This document shows positions 7,743 to 17,003 of a stretch of DNA of 64,000 nt, piece after piece. A program made the position numbers and the translations under genes. Origin of the DNA: an uncultured Candidatus Saccharibacteria bacterium. GTDB taxonomy: Bacteria; Patescibacteriota; Saccharimonadia; Saccharimonadales; AWTP1-31. Under the pieces are notes generated by a model that did no database searches, had not been told where the DNA came from, and saw only the letters and a program-made list of their open reading frames with translations. Numbering within the stretch: position 1 is the stretch's first letter; each line of letters starts with the position of its first letter. The stretch covers positions 48,721-112,720 of the forward strand of contig CAZVTA010000003.1 in NCBI GenBank assembly GCA_964629815.1. The letters are read 5' to 3'.

Positions 7743-9971
7743 ATGAGTTTAAGCATGACTATTATTAGAATAATATCAGTACTACTGAGTGTTATTATAC
7801 TTGCCACTGGAGCACTGGTATTTCTTAGAAACAGAAAGCCCATAACAAACAAGCTTTACTTGGCAATGGCGGTTCTCTCTGGTTTGTGGGGCATGATTTA
7901 TCAAAGTATTGAGTTTTTTGACTCCATCGTTTTGGTAAAACTATTTAATTCGTTAGCATACGCTACAGGTCTTTTGCTTATGAGTAGTGGGGTTGCGTTT
8001 ACATATTACTTTCCCGTAAAACGTAAAGCAAGGTTCCTAAAACCTTTTATTATCCTTGTTCTAGTAACTTTCTTTCTTAGTTTCACACCTCTAGTTTCCG
8101 GCGATGTTATAAAAGTAAGCTCAAGCCCGCTGATATATGAGTACACTACAGGCACGCTCGAGTATTTATATATAGCGACCATGGCATATGGCATATGTCT
8201 TATCGTTCGGAACCTGTTTAGACGAAATACTTCAGCTACAGCCATACAAAAAACTCAGTCGAATTTAGTTGCCAGCGGTTTTGCTCTGAGCTTAGTTACT
8301 GGGGTTTCTCTCTCTGTTGTTTTTCCGATGTTTTCAGATAGTGTATTTCTAGATAATCTTGCCCCGTTTTCGTTGGTATTTGTCAGTGGTTTTACTGCGG
8401 TGGCCATAGTGAAGCATAAACTGTTCGATATTCGTTTGATTGTTGCACGCTCGCTTGGCTATGTACTGACTCTGTTGACCATTGCCGGGGGTTATTCGTT
8501 TTTGGTTTTTGTGGTGTTCGCACAGTTCTTGGGGGCAAAAGACCTTTCCAATTACCAGCAAGCGCTGTATGTGATCTTGGCAATTGTATTTGGCTTTAGT
8601 CTGCCACCGCTGAAGAATTTCTTTGATAGAGTTTCGAATACGCTGTTTTATCGCGATGCGTACGATGCAGCTGCGTTTTTAGATCAGTTTAACCGTGTGC
8701 TGGTTGGCAACATTGACTTACAGCCGCTCTTACGGCAGTCTTCTGAACTGATAGAACAAACGCTCAAGGCCGAATATTGCTTGTTTGGTATTAAAGAAAC
8801 AGACAGCACGCCGCGCCGTATTATCGGTACTAAAACGCTCGATTTTACCGAAGAAGATATTGCGGCCACCATGTCGGATACGCCACATATCCATAAAAAG
8901 CTCATTGTGACCGACGAGCTCGAAGAGGGGCATGCGGAGCTGAAAGCACGGCTTAGCAAGTACAATATTGCGGTTTTGGCACGGCTCATCTCTCGTCCTA
9001 ACCAGAAAGAAGGCCAAGGATATTTAATTTTAGGCCAAAAGAAGAGCGGTAACCCCTATAACAAGCAAGACCTGCAGGTGCTCGAAATTATTGTGAACGA
9101 GCTCGTTATCGCTATTCAGAACTCTATGCGTTTCGAAGAGATTCAGGCCTTTAACGTAACGTTGCAAGAAAAGGTTAACGAGGCAACGCGTAAACTGCGA
9201 CTTACGAATGAAAAATTAAAGGCGCTCGACCAGACTAAAGATGAGTTTATCAGCATGGCATCGCACCAGCTGCGTACGCCTTTAACATCGGCAAAAGGCT
9301 ACCTAAGTATGGTTATTGAAGGGGATGTTGGTAAGCTGAACAAAAAACAACACGACCTGCTTGGACAGGCTTTTGCAAGTAGCCAGCGCATGGTGTATTT
9401 AATCGCGGATCTTCTGAACGTATCGAGGTTACAAACTGGTAAGTTCGTAATCGAAAACAAGCCAACCCAGCTTGCCGATGTCATAGAGACCGAAATCGCT
9501 CAGCTGGAGGAGGCTGCAAGGGCAAAAGAAATGACCCTGACCTATAAAAAACCAAAGAACTTCCCGTTGCTTAATATGGACGAGACCAAGATTCGCCAGG
9601 TCGTGATGAATTATGTCGACAATGCCCTGTATTACACGCCCGCAAAAGGCCATATCAACGTATCGCTTGAAGATAAGGGAAATAGCATCGAGTTTAAGGT
9701 GGTAGATGATGGTCTTGGTGTACCAAAGCACGAACAGCACCACTTGTTTACCAAGTTTTTCCGTGCGGGTAATGCTCGTAAGGCTCGCCCCGATGGCACA
9801 GGGCTAGGGCTATTTATGGCGAAAAAGGTGGTTGTAGCCCAAGGTGGAGCAATTATCTTTGAGAGTGAAGAGGGCAAGGGTAGTACATTTGGCTTTACGT
9901 TCCCTAAAGATAAGCTCAAAGTAACTGCAGAGAGCGCAAAACAGGCACAAGAAGCCGATATTACACTGTAA
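7743..9971 (+). CDS. sensor histidine kinase with polytopic N-terminal membrane domain
   Basis: About seven hydrophobic segments in the first 290 aa. H-box is SMASHQLRTPLTS. ATPase boxes are VDNALYYT, DDGLGV and GTGLGLFMAKK. Confidence 0.85.
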   Translation: MSLSMTIIRIISVLLSVIILATGALVFLRNRKPITNKLYLAMAVLSGLWGMIYQSIEFFDSIVLVKLFNSLAYATGLLLMSSGVAFTYYFPVKRKARFLKPFIILVLVTFFLSFTPLVSGDVIKVSSSPLIYEYTTGTLEYLYIATMAYGICLIVRNLFRRNTSATAIQKTQSNLVASGFALSLVTGVSLSVVFPMFSDSVFLDNLAPFSLVFVSGFTAVAIVKHKLFDIRLIVARSLGYVLTLLTIAGGYSFLVFVVFAQFLGAKDLSNYQQALYVILAIVFGFSLPPLKNFFDRVSNTLFYRDAYDAAAFLDQFNRVLVGNIDLQPLLRQSSELIEQTLKAEYCLFGIKETDSTPRRIIGTKTLDFTEEDIAATMSDTPHIHKKLIVTDELEEGHAELKARLSKYNIAVLARLISRPNQKEGQGYLILGQKKSGNPYNKQDLQVLEIIVNELVIAIQNSMRFEEIQAFNVTLQEKVNEATRKLRLTNEKLKALDQTKDEFISMASHQLRTPLTSAKGYLSMVIEGDVGKLNKKQHDLLGQAFASSQRMVYLIADLLNVSRLQTGKFVIENKPTQLADVIETEIAQLEEAARAKEMTLTYKKPKNFPLLNMDETKIRQVVMNYVDNALYYTPAKGHINVSLEDKGNSIEFKVVDDGLGVPKHEQHHLFTKFFRAGNARKARPDGTGLGLFMAKKVVVAQGGAIIFESEEGKGSTFGFTFPKDKLKVTAESAKQAQEADITL

Positions 9972-10165
9972 GCGACTAGAAACCGTAGTAAGGTAAGAAA
10001 AGTTACTGCAAAAAATATTGCTTGTGCTTACAATGAAAAGGTTATAATATATCTTGACAATAGCTTATGCTTGTGGTAAAGTTAAGCATGTTAATGGTGG
10101 GCTGCCTCTTACGGAGGTGGGAAGGTAAATAATCGGCCAATTTCATTGGCTTAAGGGAGAAATAC

Positions 10166-11167
10166 ATGCCCCAAAATCCAGAAGTAGGATTAGTTCGTCG
10201 AACGCTTGCTGCAGCAGTAGTTATTGGTGTTGGCGGCGCAATGCTCGCAGGTTGTGGCGAAGGTTCAATTCGCGCAATTGGCAATGCAAATACAAATAGC
10301 GATGGTACAGAAGCAACTGCAGGCCAGCCAACCGACGCTTGCCCAGATACATGGGAAATGCCAGGTTTGCCACTCAATGATATGCATCGTGTTGTTGTTG
10401 ACGGTATGCCAGAGCTCGGTAATGCCGCAAATGAAGAACAAGCACGAGCTGCGTTAGCTAAGTGGGTCGACGAAGTTGTTTCAGTAGATGATGATGTTCT
10501 CTTTGCCTATGCAAGGGAAATTACTGGCGAGGAATTTAATCAAGACGCTATGGTTGATTCAGACGGCTGTGCGACTGACGAAGCCGAACGTGCAAGACTT
10601 GCCATAGAAACTACAATTGGTTTATCAGACGTATCTGATGGTTCAGTAGATTTGCCCGCGGATCTTACAAATACGGGTGTAGAAGATGATGGAAGGGTTG
10701 TCATTGCTGCTCAACCTGGGATTAGTGGCGATCGTAGTGGAGTTCTCATTGTTACCCCAGACGGTAAAATAGTGGGCTTTCTTGATCGATGTAGCAATTT
10801 AGCAGTACTAAAACCACATTCAAATAGCCCGACGGGTCGAACAGACGAACCAGGCGTCACTCCAAAGTACGACGATGGACGTTTGCCAGGCGATCCAAAT
10901 GTGCCTGCAGACCAAGACAAGGGTACACCCGACAAGCCAGGTAGGGGCCCAGCTGGGCAAAAGCCTGATGCTGAGGGCTATATCCCTTCAGAAACTCGTC
11001 CCGAAGCACCTTCGACTACAGAAACGCAGTCATCCCCAGGTACACCTGAAGATCGTGGTCCAGCAACAACCAACCCACGTCCGAGCGGTCCAGCAACAAC
11101 GGTCGTTGCAACAACGGTCGTTGCTACTTCAACCCCTAATACGGCACCATTGCCAACGGCTCCATAA
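10166..11167 (+). CDS. putative lipoprotein with Pro/Thr-rich C-terminus
   Basis: SD AAGGGAG. An RR-containing n-region is followed by a hydrophobic core ending in the LAGC lipobox. A short tandem DNA duplication (caacaacggtcgttg x2) lies near the 3' end. Confidence 0.6.
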   Translation: MPQNPEVGLVRRTLAAAVVIGVGGAMLAGCGEGSIRAIGNANTNSDGTEATAGQPTDACPDTWEMPGLPLNDMHRVVVDGMPELGNAANEEQARAALAKWVDEVVSVDDDVLFAYAREITGEEFNQDAMVDSDGCATDEAERARLAIETTIGLSDVSDGSVDLPADLTNTGVEDDGRVVIAAQPGISGDRSGVLIVTPDGKIVGFLDRCSNLAVLKPHSNSPTGRTDEPGVTPKYDDGRLPGDPNVPADQDKGTPDKPGRGPAGQKPDAEGYIPSETRPEAPSTTETQSSPGTPEDRGPATTNPRPSGPATTVVATTVVATSTPNTAPLPTAP

Positions 11168-11193
11168 GTAGAAGAAATAAGAGGAAATAGTAT

Positions 11194-12789
11194 ATGAAAT
11201 TTACAAACCCAATCAAAAAGTTCTTCAGTAAGATCCCTAAGAAGCTTCTACTGGTAATCGTAAGTGTATTCTTGGCCGTAGGTGTAGCAGGTTTGGTTCG
11301 TGCAGAGTTTTACCCTGATCGACCAACCTACGACTACAACAAGCCATGTAACCCAAACGACGCAGACAAGTATGACCGCTGTGGCTCGCTTGAAGGCCCA
11401 GTGTTTAACAGCTTCATCAACACGCCAAGCTATGGCGACGAACGAGCTTTTGCAGATGCTCGAAAGAGTGAAAACACTGCAAGCGGTAGCTACAAGAATG
11501 TTCTTGAAGATGTAACCACTGGTAGTCGCGAAGTTGTTGTACGTATGTACGTACACAACAATGCAAACAGCGATACTAATGCATCTGGCAAGGGTATTGC
11601 ACGCGACACAAAAGTACGTGTTGCACTGCCAACCGCCGAATCGCAAACACTTCGAACTCGAAGCTATGTTTCTGCAAGCAATGCCGCAATGGTAGAAGAT
11701 ACCGTTGATCTTGTTGGCGCACAGGCATTCAAAGTCGAATACGTTCCTGGCTCTGCAATCATCTATAGCAATGGTCCAGTAAATGGTCAGAAGCTTTCAG
11801 ATAATATTGTTACAACCGGTGCTCCTATCGGCTATAACGCACTAGACGGCAATTTGCCCGGCTGTTTCGATTACGAAGCTGTTGTACAGATCCGTGTACG
11901 GGTTATTGTAAAAGAAGTTCCAACCCTTAAATTTACGAAGCAAGTACGTATGGCTGGTACAAAAGAGTGGAAAAAAGAAGTTACTGCTAAACCTGGTGAC
12001 AAAGTAGAATGGTTGCTTACAACACAGACTGCTGGTACCGGCGTAAACAATAACATTACTGTTCTTGACGTGCCTGCTCCAAATACCTCACTTGTTCCTG
12101 GTAGCGTAAAGTGGATCGACGGTGCGCAAGGCACAGTCCCACAAGGCGACACTGGTCTATTTAACGGCGGTGGAATCAACTTTGGTAACTATGGTCCAAA
12201 CAGCGGCTTCTATGTGACCTACGGCAGTACGCTTGGTGGTGATTTTAAAGAGTGTGAAGTACGCGTGCGTAACCTTGCATATGTAAAATCAACTCAAGTT
12301 AAAGAGATTGGCGACGATGCAGATGTTGTTATCAAGAAAGACAATTGTCAGCCAGAGAAACCAAAGCCTGTGTATAGCTGTGATCTTATGACTGCAGAAA
12401 AAGTTGGCGACAAGAAGTATAAGTTTGTCGTAAACTACACTGCTAAAGATGGCGCAAGCCTCAAGATCGCAACATTCGACTTTGGCGACGGTAGCGAGAA
12501 GTTTGTAACCGACAAGACTACGACAGAACACACCTATACTAAAGATGGTTCGTTTGTAGCACGGGTTGCACTTACCTTCCGTGTAGATGGCCAAGATAAA
12601 GTTGTAGAAGGTGATAAGTGTGCAACACCTATCAGCATTACGACTCCTACAACCCCAGATAAGCCAGTTACTCCAGCAAAAGAGTTGCCAAACACTGGTG
12701 CGGGTAACCTCTTAGGTATATTTGTGGGCGTAAGCACAATGGGTGCTGCACTGTATCAAGCAGTTGCTCGCCGGCGCCTAATACGATAA
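11194..12789 (+). CDS. LPXTG-anchored surface protein with PKD-like domain
   Basis: N-terminal signal anchor. PKD-like FDFGDGS...HTYTKDGSF. C-terminal LPNTG plus a hydrophobic segment plus the RRRLIR sorting signal. Confidence 0.75.
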   Translation: MKFTNPIKKFFSKIPKKLLLVIVSVFLAVGVAGLVRAEFYPDRPTYDYNKPCNPNDADKYDRCGSLEGPVFNSFINTPSYGDERAFADARKSENTASGSYKNVLEDVTTGSREVVVRMYVHNNANSDTNASGKGIARDTKVRVALPTAESQTLRTRSYVSASNAAMVEDTVDLVGAQAFKVEYVPGSAIIYSNGPVNGQKLSDNIVTTGAPIGYNALDGNLPGCFDYEAVVQIRVRVIVKEVPTLKFTKQVRMAGTKEWKKEVTAKPGDKVEWLLTTQTAGTGVNNNITVLDVPAPNTSLVPGSVKWIDGAQGTVPQGDTGLFNGGGINFGNYGPNSGFYVTYGSTLGGDFKECEVRVRNLAYVKSTQVKEIGDDADVVIKKDNCQPEKPKPVYSCDLMTAEKVGDKKYKFVVNYTAKDGASLKIATFDFGDGSEKFVTDKTTTEHTYTKDGSFVARVALTFRVDGQDKVVEGDKCATPISITTPTTPDKPVTPAKELPNTGAGNLLGIFVGVSTMGAALYQAVARRRLIR

Positions 12790-12810
12790 CAAAAACCTAG
12801 TTGTGACAAA

Positions 12811-12838
12811 AAAGACCTCTCGCAGCGAGAGGTCTTTT
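12811..12838. terminator. bidirectional intrinsic terminator between convergent genes
   Basis: AAAGACCTCTCG-cag-CGAGAGGTCTTTT, with an A-run upstream and a T-run downstream. Confidence 0.7.
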
Positions 12839-12855
12839 GCTTGTATGGCGTCTGC

Positions 12856-13125
12856 CTAGTCTACCTTTATGCCAGACTTTGAGGCATTTTCTTTGACTTG
12901 CTGTTCGAAGTCGTCTGCCTGATTGCTAAGCTTGTCCAGATCTTTTGGAGAGCGTACTTCTTCGACGATAGTGCTCTTGTCTTTCTGGATGTAGCGGTAC
13001 GTACCTATTCCACATATCACAAGCAATATGGCCAATGCAATCAGTATATTACGTTTCTTGTGGGTTACTCCGTCCTGGCTAGTTGAGTTCTTCCAGTCGA
13101 TGAATGTCTGTTTGTTGAGTGGCAT
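12856..13125 (-). CDS. small single-pass membrane protein (hypothetical)
   Basis: An 89-aa ORF with one hydrophobic segment (ILIALAILLVICGIG). It lies 35 nt downstream of ORF 13161..14759 on the same strand. Confidence 0.4.
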   Translation of the reverse strand: MPLNKQTFIDWKNSTSQDGVTHKKRNILIALAILLVICGIGTYRYIQKDKSTIVEEVRSPKDLDKLSNQADDFEQQVKENASKSGIKVD

Positions 13126-13160
13126 TGAATCTCCTTATGGTTCTTGTTTATGGGGCTGTG

Positions 13161-14759
13161 TTATGGGCAGAAGATTCCGCCTGTGCCAATACAGATGGTT
13201 GCTCTTCCTGCATTGATGGTGTTCTGTACAATTCTTCTTCCGGTAGAGACTGCTTGTACTCCACTGGTAATGATTGCAATCTCTCCTTTAGCAACGAGCG
13301 ACTTAGCCGTGCTAATTGCCGTAGACAGAAGCGAGGCCGCACGTACCACGGTTGTGTAATATCCTCTTGATAGACTTTCTGCTAAAGAGCAGCTTCCTTT
13401 AGACAGTGCGCTTGTTATGCCTGATTTGATTGCGTTCATACTCGATAGTGTTGGCGCGACGTTGCTGAGTCCCTCTACGTTCGGTATTGTTTTTAGTGCA
13501 GCGCCAAGGGAGATAGCACGATTTATATCAGACAATATATTTGAAACTACTACGTTACACACTGCTGCACTAACAGGCTTGCCAGATGTAGATCCTCTAT
13601 TGCTGGCAATTGCTGCAGCAGCTGCAGCGTCAGCGATTGCTTTTGCTGCATCAAATGCTGCTTTTGCGCTTTTTGCTAGATTGGCTTCATATGTTGTCCA
13701 GAATTTCTGACAGTCATCACTTGTAAGACCTTGTTTAACCCAGCCTAGAGCCTTCCATTTGGAATATCCTTCGGAGGTGGTAGCTCCAGTAGGGCAGGGT
13801 ACTGTTGTGAGTGTGCTTCCGACTGTTGCGACAAGATTTCTTTCGTAGGTGTTCCACCATTTGTTGCAATCTGATCCTGATGCTGATTTCTGAGCAGTAC
13901 TGAGTTTCGACCATCCTGCGAACGTCTGAGGACACGTTACAACTGTTGTGGTTCCTGTGCCCGTAGCTGCATTCTGAGTAGTTCCCGATGTGGTGCCGCC
14001 TGAGCCATTGCTTCCAGAGGAAGATGTGCTAGCATTTGTTCTGTCAACGAGTTCTTTATTGATTCCATCCCAAATATTTTTTGTAACTGTTCCATTGTAT
14101 GCATCAATCGATCTGCCCCCATTGCGCATTGCAGTAACAGTGAATGACAGGACATTGTTAAGAGTTATATCAAAGTTGTTAGTATTTACGTCTAGTTGGT
14201 TGGCGCCCAATTTATAGAGTACACCTTTGAGCCATTTTACGCAGTTACCGGTGTCTCCCTGTTTAAGGTTTTGGTTTTCGCAGTTCGTATCTTTTGTAGC
14301 TGCTGGCGTCGGTGTAGGCGTCGGTGTAGGCGTCGGTGTAGGCGTCGGAGTCGGCGTAGGCGCTGGTGGGTTTACTTTTGCATTCCAATAGCCCCAGATC
14401 TTTTCGTAATGGCATCCGGTTACACCAGAGGCTGCGGCGTAGTTACCGCAGGTACCCCAGAAGCCGGGTATACCGTTGAACTGAAGTAGTCTTTCATTGA
14501 GTGTCCCTTCAAAACCAGGGTCTGAAGTGTTAAGGCTAGAGCCGCTAATGGTATTGACCATACCTTTGATCCAGGCAATACAGCTATCTGACTGAAATAC
14601 TGTGTAGGTTCGGTTACTGCAGGCATCGGCCTTAGCGAAAAATAGTAAGTAGGCGCCGATTATAGAAATAATAAATACCAATAAAACGCCAATAATCTTA
14701 TTGCGCTTAGCAAAGCTACTTCTGTCGATCAATTTTTTCGTTTTCTTTTTTGTTGGCAT
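13161..14759 (-). CDS. exported repeat protein with (Thr-Pro)n linker (hypothetical)
   Basis: The N-terminus is K-rich and followed by a TM anchor. Two Cys-containing modules (C..C..W[IL]KG) flank a (TP)10 linker. Two C..W...C.K[FW]W.TYE.NL modules follow, and the C-terminus is Ala/Ser-rich. Confidence 0.6.
   Translation of the reverse strand: MPTKKKTKKLIDRSSFAKRNKIIGVLLVFIISIIGAYLLFFAKADACSNRTYTVFQSDSCIAWIKGMVNTISGSSLNTSDPGFEGTLNERLLQFNGIPGFWGTCGNYAAASGVTGCHYEKIWGYWNAKVNPPAPTPTPTPTPTPTPTPTPTPAATKDTNCENQNLKQGDTGNCVKWLKGVLYKLGANQLDVNTNNFDITLNNVLSFTVTAMRNGGRSIDAYNGTVTKNIWDGINKELVDRTNASTSSSGSNGSGGTTSGTTQNAATGTGTTTVVTCPQTFAGWSKLSTAQKSASGSDCNKWWNTYERNLVATVGSTLTTVPCPTGATTSEGYSKWKALGWVKQGLTSDDCQKFWTTYEANLAKSAKAAFDAAKAIADAAAAAAIASNRGSTSGKPVSAAVCNVVVSNILSDINRAISLGAALKTIPNVEGLSNVAPTLSSMNAIKSGITSALSKGSCSLAESLSRGYYTTVVRAASLLSTAISTAKSLVAKGEIAIITSGVQAVSTGRRIVQNTINAGRATICIGTGGIFCP
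14305..14364. repeat. 12-nt periodic tandem repeat encoding (Thr-Pro)n
   Basis: ggcgtcggtgta is repeated 3 or more times with degenerate flanks, inside CDS 13161..14759. Confidence 0.7.
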
Positions 14760-14930
14760 AGAGTGTCCTTTTTAATGCTTGAGCTTAATTTTGGCTGAAG
14801 AACTGGGTGATGTCAACTGTTCGCCTAGGAGCCTGTGGATAAGTGGGTAGCTTTTATAAAATAATTATGCTAATATAGAAGTATATTGTTTTATAGACTA
14901 GAGTAATCGTGACTGACCGCTCCGTCTCTT

Positions 14931-14957
14931 AATCCTCCGTTTGCCGGAGGATTTTTT
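14931..14957 (+). terminator. orphan plus-strand intrinsic terminator
   Basis: AATCCTCCG-tttgc-CGGAGGATT followed by TTTT(T)G. No plus-strand CDS lies upstream. The minus-strand version lacks a U-run. Confidence 0.55.
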
Positions 14958-15012
14958 GTGCCCTGTTCATGTCTGTTGAGTACGGGTACAATGAATATGT
15001 AAAGGGGGGTTT

Positions 15013-15330
15013 ATGGAGCGCGAACCAATAGTCTATAGAATGGATAACGGAAAAACGCCTTGGGATATGCCATATGAAATATTTTGGGATATTCGACCTC
15101 TCGCTAGTGTGCGACGTGCATTGTGGGCGTTACAGAATGTTCCCGATCTGGAGCGAACAGATGTTATTCGTATTCTTGCACTGCATCGCGCTGAATATCC
15201 AGGATGGATCCCCGAAATCGAACTATTAGAAATTGTTCTCGATGGAGCGCCCGTGAGTCCTGATGTAGAGCCGTACTATGAAAAACTTTTCCCTGACCCA
15301 TGGCCACCAACTGAATCGAAAGACAAATAA
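15013..15330 (+). CDS. hypothetical protein
   Basis: A 105-aa ORF with SD AAAGGGGGG 4 nt upstream of the ATG. Confidence 0.5.
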   Translation: MEREPIVYRMDNGKTPWDMPYEIFWDIRPLASVRRALWALQNVPDLERTDVIRILALHRAEYPGWIPEIELLEIVLDGAPVSPDVEPYYEKLFPDPWPPTESKDK

Positions 15331-15352
15331 AAAAGCCCACCTACAGGTGAGC
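15329..15352 (-). terminator. intrinsic terminator downstream of tRNA-Glu
   Basis: Minus strand: GCTCACC-tgta-GGTGGGC plus TTTTTT. One G-U pair becomes a C-A mismatch on the plus strand, which favours the minus orientation. Confidence 0.5.
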
Positions 15353-15361
15353 ATTTCAGAT

Positions 15362-15436
15362 TGGTGACCTCAAGGGGAATCGAACCCCTATTGCCGGGAT
15401 GAAAACCCGGTGTCCTAACCGTTAGACGATGAGGCC
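15362..15436 (-). tRNA. tRNA-Glu (anticodon UUC), CCA encoded
   Basis: The reverse complement folds as a cloverleaf. Acceptor is GGCCTCA/TGAGGTC, the anticodon stem CCGGG/CCCGG carries loop TTTTCAT, the T-arm is AGGGG-TTCGATT-CCCCT, and the 3' end is ACCA. Confidence 0.93.
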
Positions 15437-15450
15437 GTATACTTGTGCTT

Positions 15451-15479
15451 ATTCTACCATAACGTCCCAGAATCGTAAA
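15451..15479 (-). promoter_or_regulatory. candidate promoter for tRNA-Glu
   Basis: Minus strand: TTTACG, 17 nt, TAGAAT, ending 14 nt upstream of the mature 5' end. Confidence 0.4.
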
Positions 15480-15540
15480 GGGTAGGTTGCGTATAGAATA
15501 CTGGAAAAGTTTAGCATAACCGCGTACAATATATGCAAGT

Positions 15541-16980
15541 ATGGACATAACAGACAGGGCACCAAATGTGCCAATTTCTCAGTTTAAACGGACTAAAATA
15601 ATAGCCACGGTGGGCCCAGCTACGAATAGCTATAAAGCAATAATTACGCTCATGAAGAATGGCGTAAATGGGTTTAGGCTGAACTTTAGCCATGGTGATT
15701 ATGAAGAACGTGAACAGCAGATTGCTTGGATTCGTAAGGCTAGCAAAGAATATGGAAAGCCGGTAGCTATTATCCAAGATTTGTGTGGGCCAAAGATTCG
15801 ACTGGGTGACTTCGACGGATTTATTAATGTGCAAACGGGGCAAAGTTTAAGTTTTGGGTACGAGTCGAACTATGCAGATTCTGGACTGATTCCTGTTCAG
15901 TATGATCTATCGAAGCGTGTAAAGCGCGGCGAACGACTATACTTATTTGATGGCAGAATACGCACAATAGTAACCAGCGTGCGCGATGGCGTGGTGCATG
16001 TGCGGGCAGAAAATGACGGCGTACTCGTAAAACGAAAAGGCATTAATCTGCCCGATACAGACTTAGGCGGCGACATATTGACTGCAAAAGATCGTAAAGA
16101 TATGGCTTTTGGCGCAGAACACGACATTGACTTTGTGGCAATAAGTTTTGTGCAGCGCGCCCAAGATGTGATCAAAGCGCGAACAGCGCTAAAGAATTTG
16201 GGCAGTAAGGCAAAGATTATCTCAAAACTTGAAACCAATGCGGCAACCGAAAATCTGGAAGAAATTATTCAGGCTTCTGATATGGTTATGGTTGCTCGTG
16301 GCGACCTTGCAGTTGAAACTCGACCAGAGAGTGTGCCTATTCTGCAGCGGCAAATCATTGGCCTAGGTATGAAGTATGCAACGCCAACTATCGTAGCAAC
16401 GCAGATGCTCGCCAGCATGACAGAAGTGCCCGAGCCAACACGCGCAGAAGTATCAGATATTGCCACTGCAGTTATACTAGGGGCCGACTGCGTAATGCTC
16501 AGCGATGAAACGGCCGCAGGACGGTATCCGATTGAGGCAGTAGAAATTATGAAGCGAGTCATTCTATATACCCAAACACATAACCCTCTACATGTTACTT
16601 ATGGCATAGAGGAATTGAATGTCGGGACGGGCCGACAGCAGGCGATCAGTAATGCGGTAATTGGACTGGCTGATTCTATAAAAGCGAGTGCAATTGTTGC
16701 AGAAACCAAAACCGGAGCGACTGCGCTACACATTACGAGTCGCCGACCGAGCATACCCGTAATTGCCGTAGCAAGCGACGAGCGCACTGCTCAGCAGCTT
16801 GCATTAGCGTACGGGGTAAAGAGCTACAACCGACCGGTAGATAAATTTGCTTCAACAAAATTGACGAACTGGCTGCATCAAAATAAGGTGCTTAAAAAGG
16901 GTGATATTGTAGTAACGGTTTCTGGTCAGTATCCTGGCGTGGTGGGTACGACAGATACTATAAAAGTTCGAGTGCTATAA
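15541..16980 (+). CDS. pyk: pyruvate kinase
   Basis: Motifs are TKIIATVGPAT, LNFSHGD, MVARGDLAVE and the C-terminal domain. TACAAT lies 10 nt upstream of the ATG and there is no SD. Confidence 0.92.
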   Translation: MDITDRAPNVPISQFKRTKIIATVGPATNSYKAIITLMKNGVNGFRLNFSHGDYEEREQQIAWIRKASKEYGKPVAIIQDLCGPKIRLGDFDGFINVQTGQSLSFGYESNYADSGLIPVQYDLSKRVKRGERLYLFDGRIRTIVTSVRDGVVHVRAENDGVLVKRKGINLPDTDLGGDILTAKDRKDMAFGAEHDIDFVAISFVQRAQDVIKARTALKNLGSKAKIISKLETNAATENLEEIIQASDMVMVARGDLAVETRPESVPILQRQIIGLGMKYATPTIVATQMLASMTEVPEPTRAEVSDIATAVILGADCVMLSDETAAGRYPIEAVEIMKRVILYTQTHNPLHVTYGIEELNVGTGRQQAISNAVIGLADSIKASAIVAETKTGATALHITSRRPSIPVIAVASDERTAQQLALAYGVKSYNRPVDKFASTKLTNWLHQNKVLKKGDIVVTVSGQYPGVVGTTDTIKVRVL

Positions 16981-17003
16981 TAGGCAAAAAGAAGCGGTGG
17001 GAC

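Noticed and set aside
14834-14842. A perfect DnaA-box 9-mer (TGTGGATAA, the complement of TTATCCACA) next to an AT-rich tract, which could mark oriC.
   Set aside because: It is a single box with no cluster and no dnaA/dnaN nearby. One perfect 9-mer in 64 kb on both strands is close to chance expectation.
15276-15548. A 90-aa ORF on the minus strand spanning the tRNA-Glu gene.
   Set aside because: It overlaps a bona fide tRNA and its promoter. It is an artefact of the stop-free tRNA sequence.
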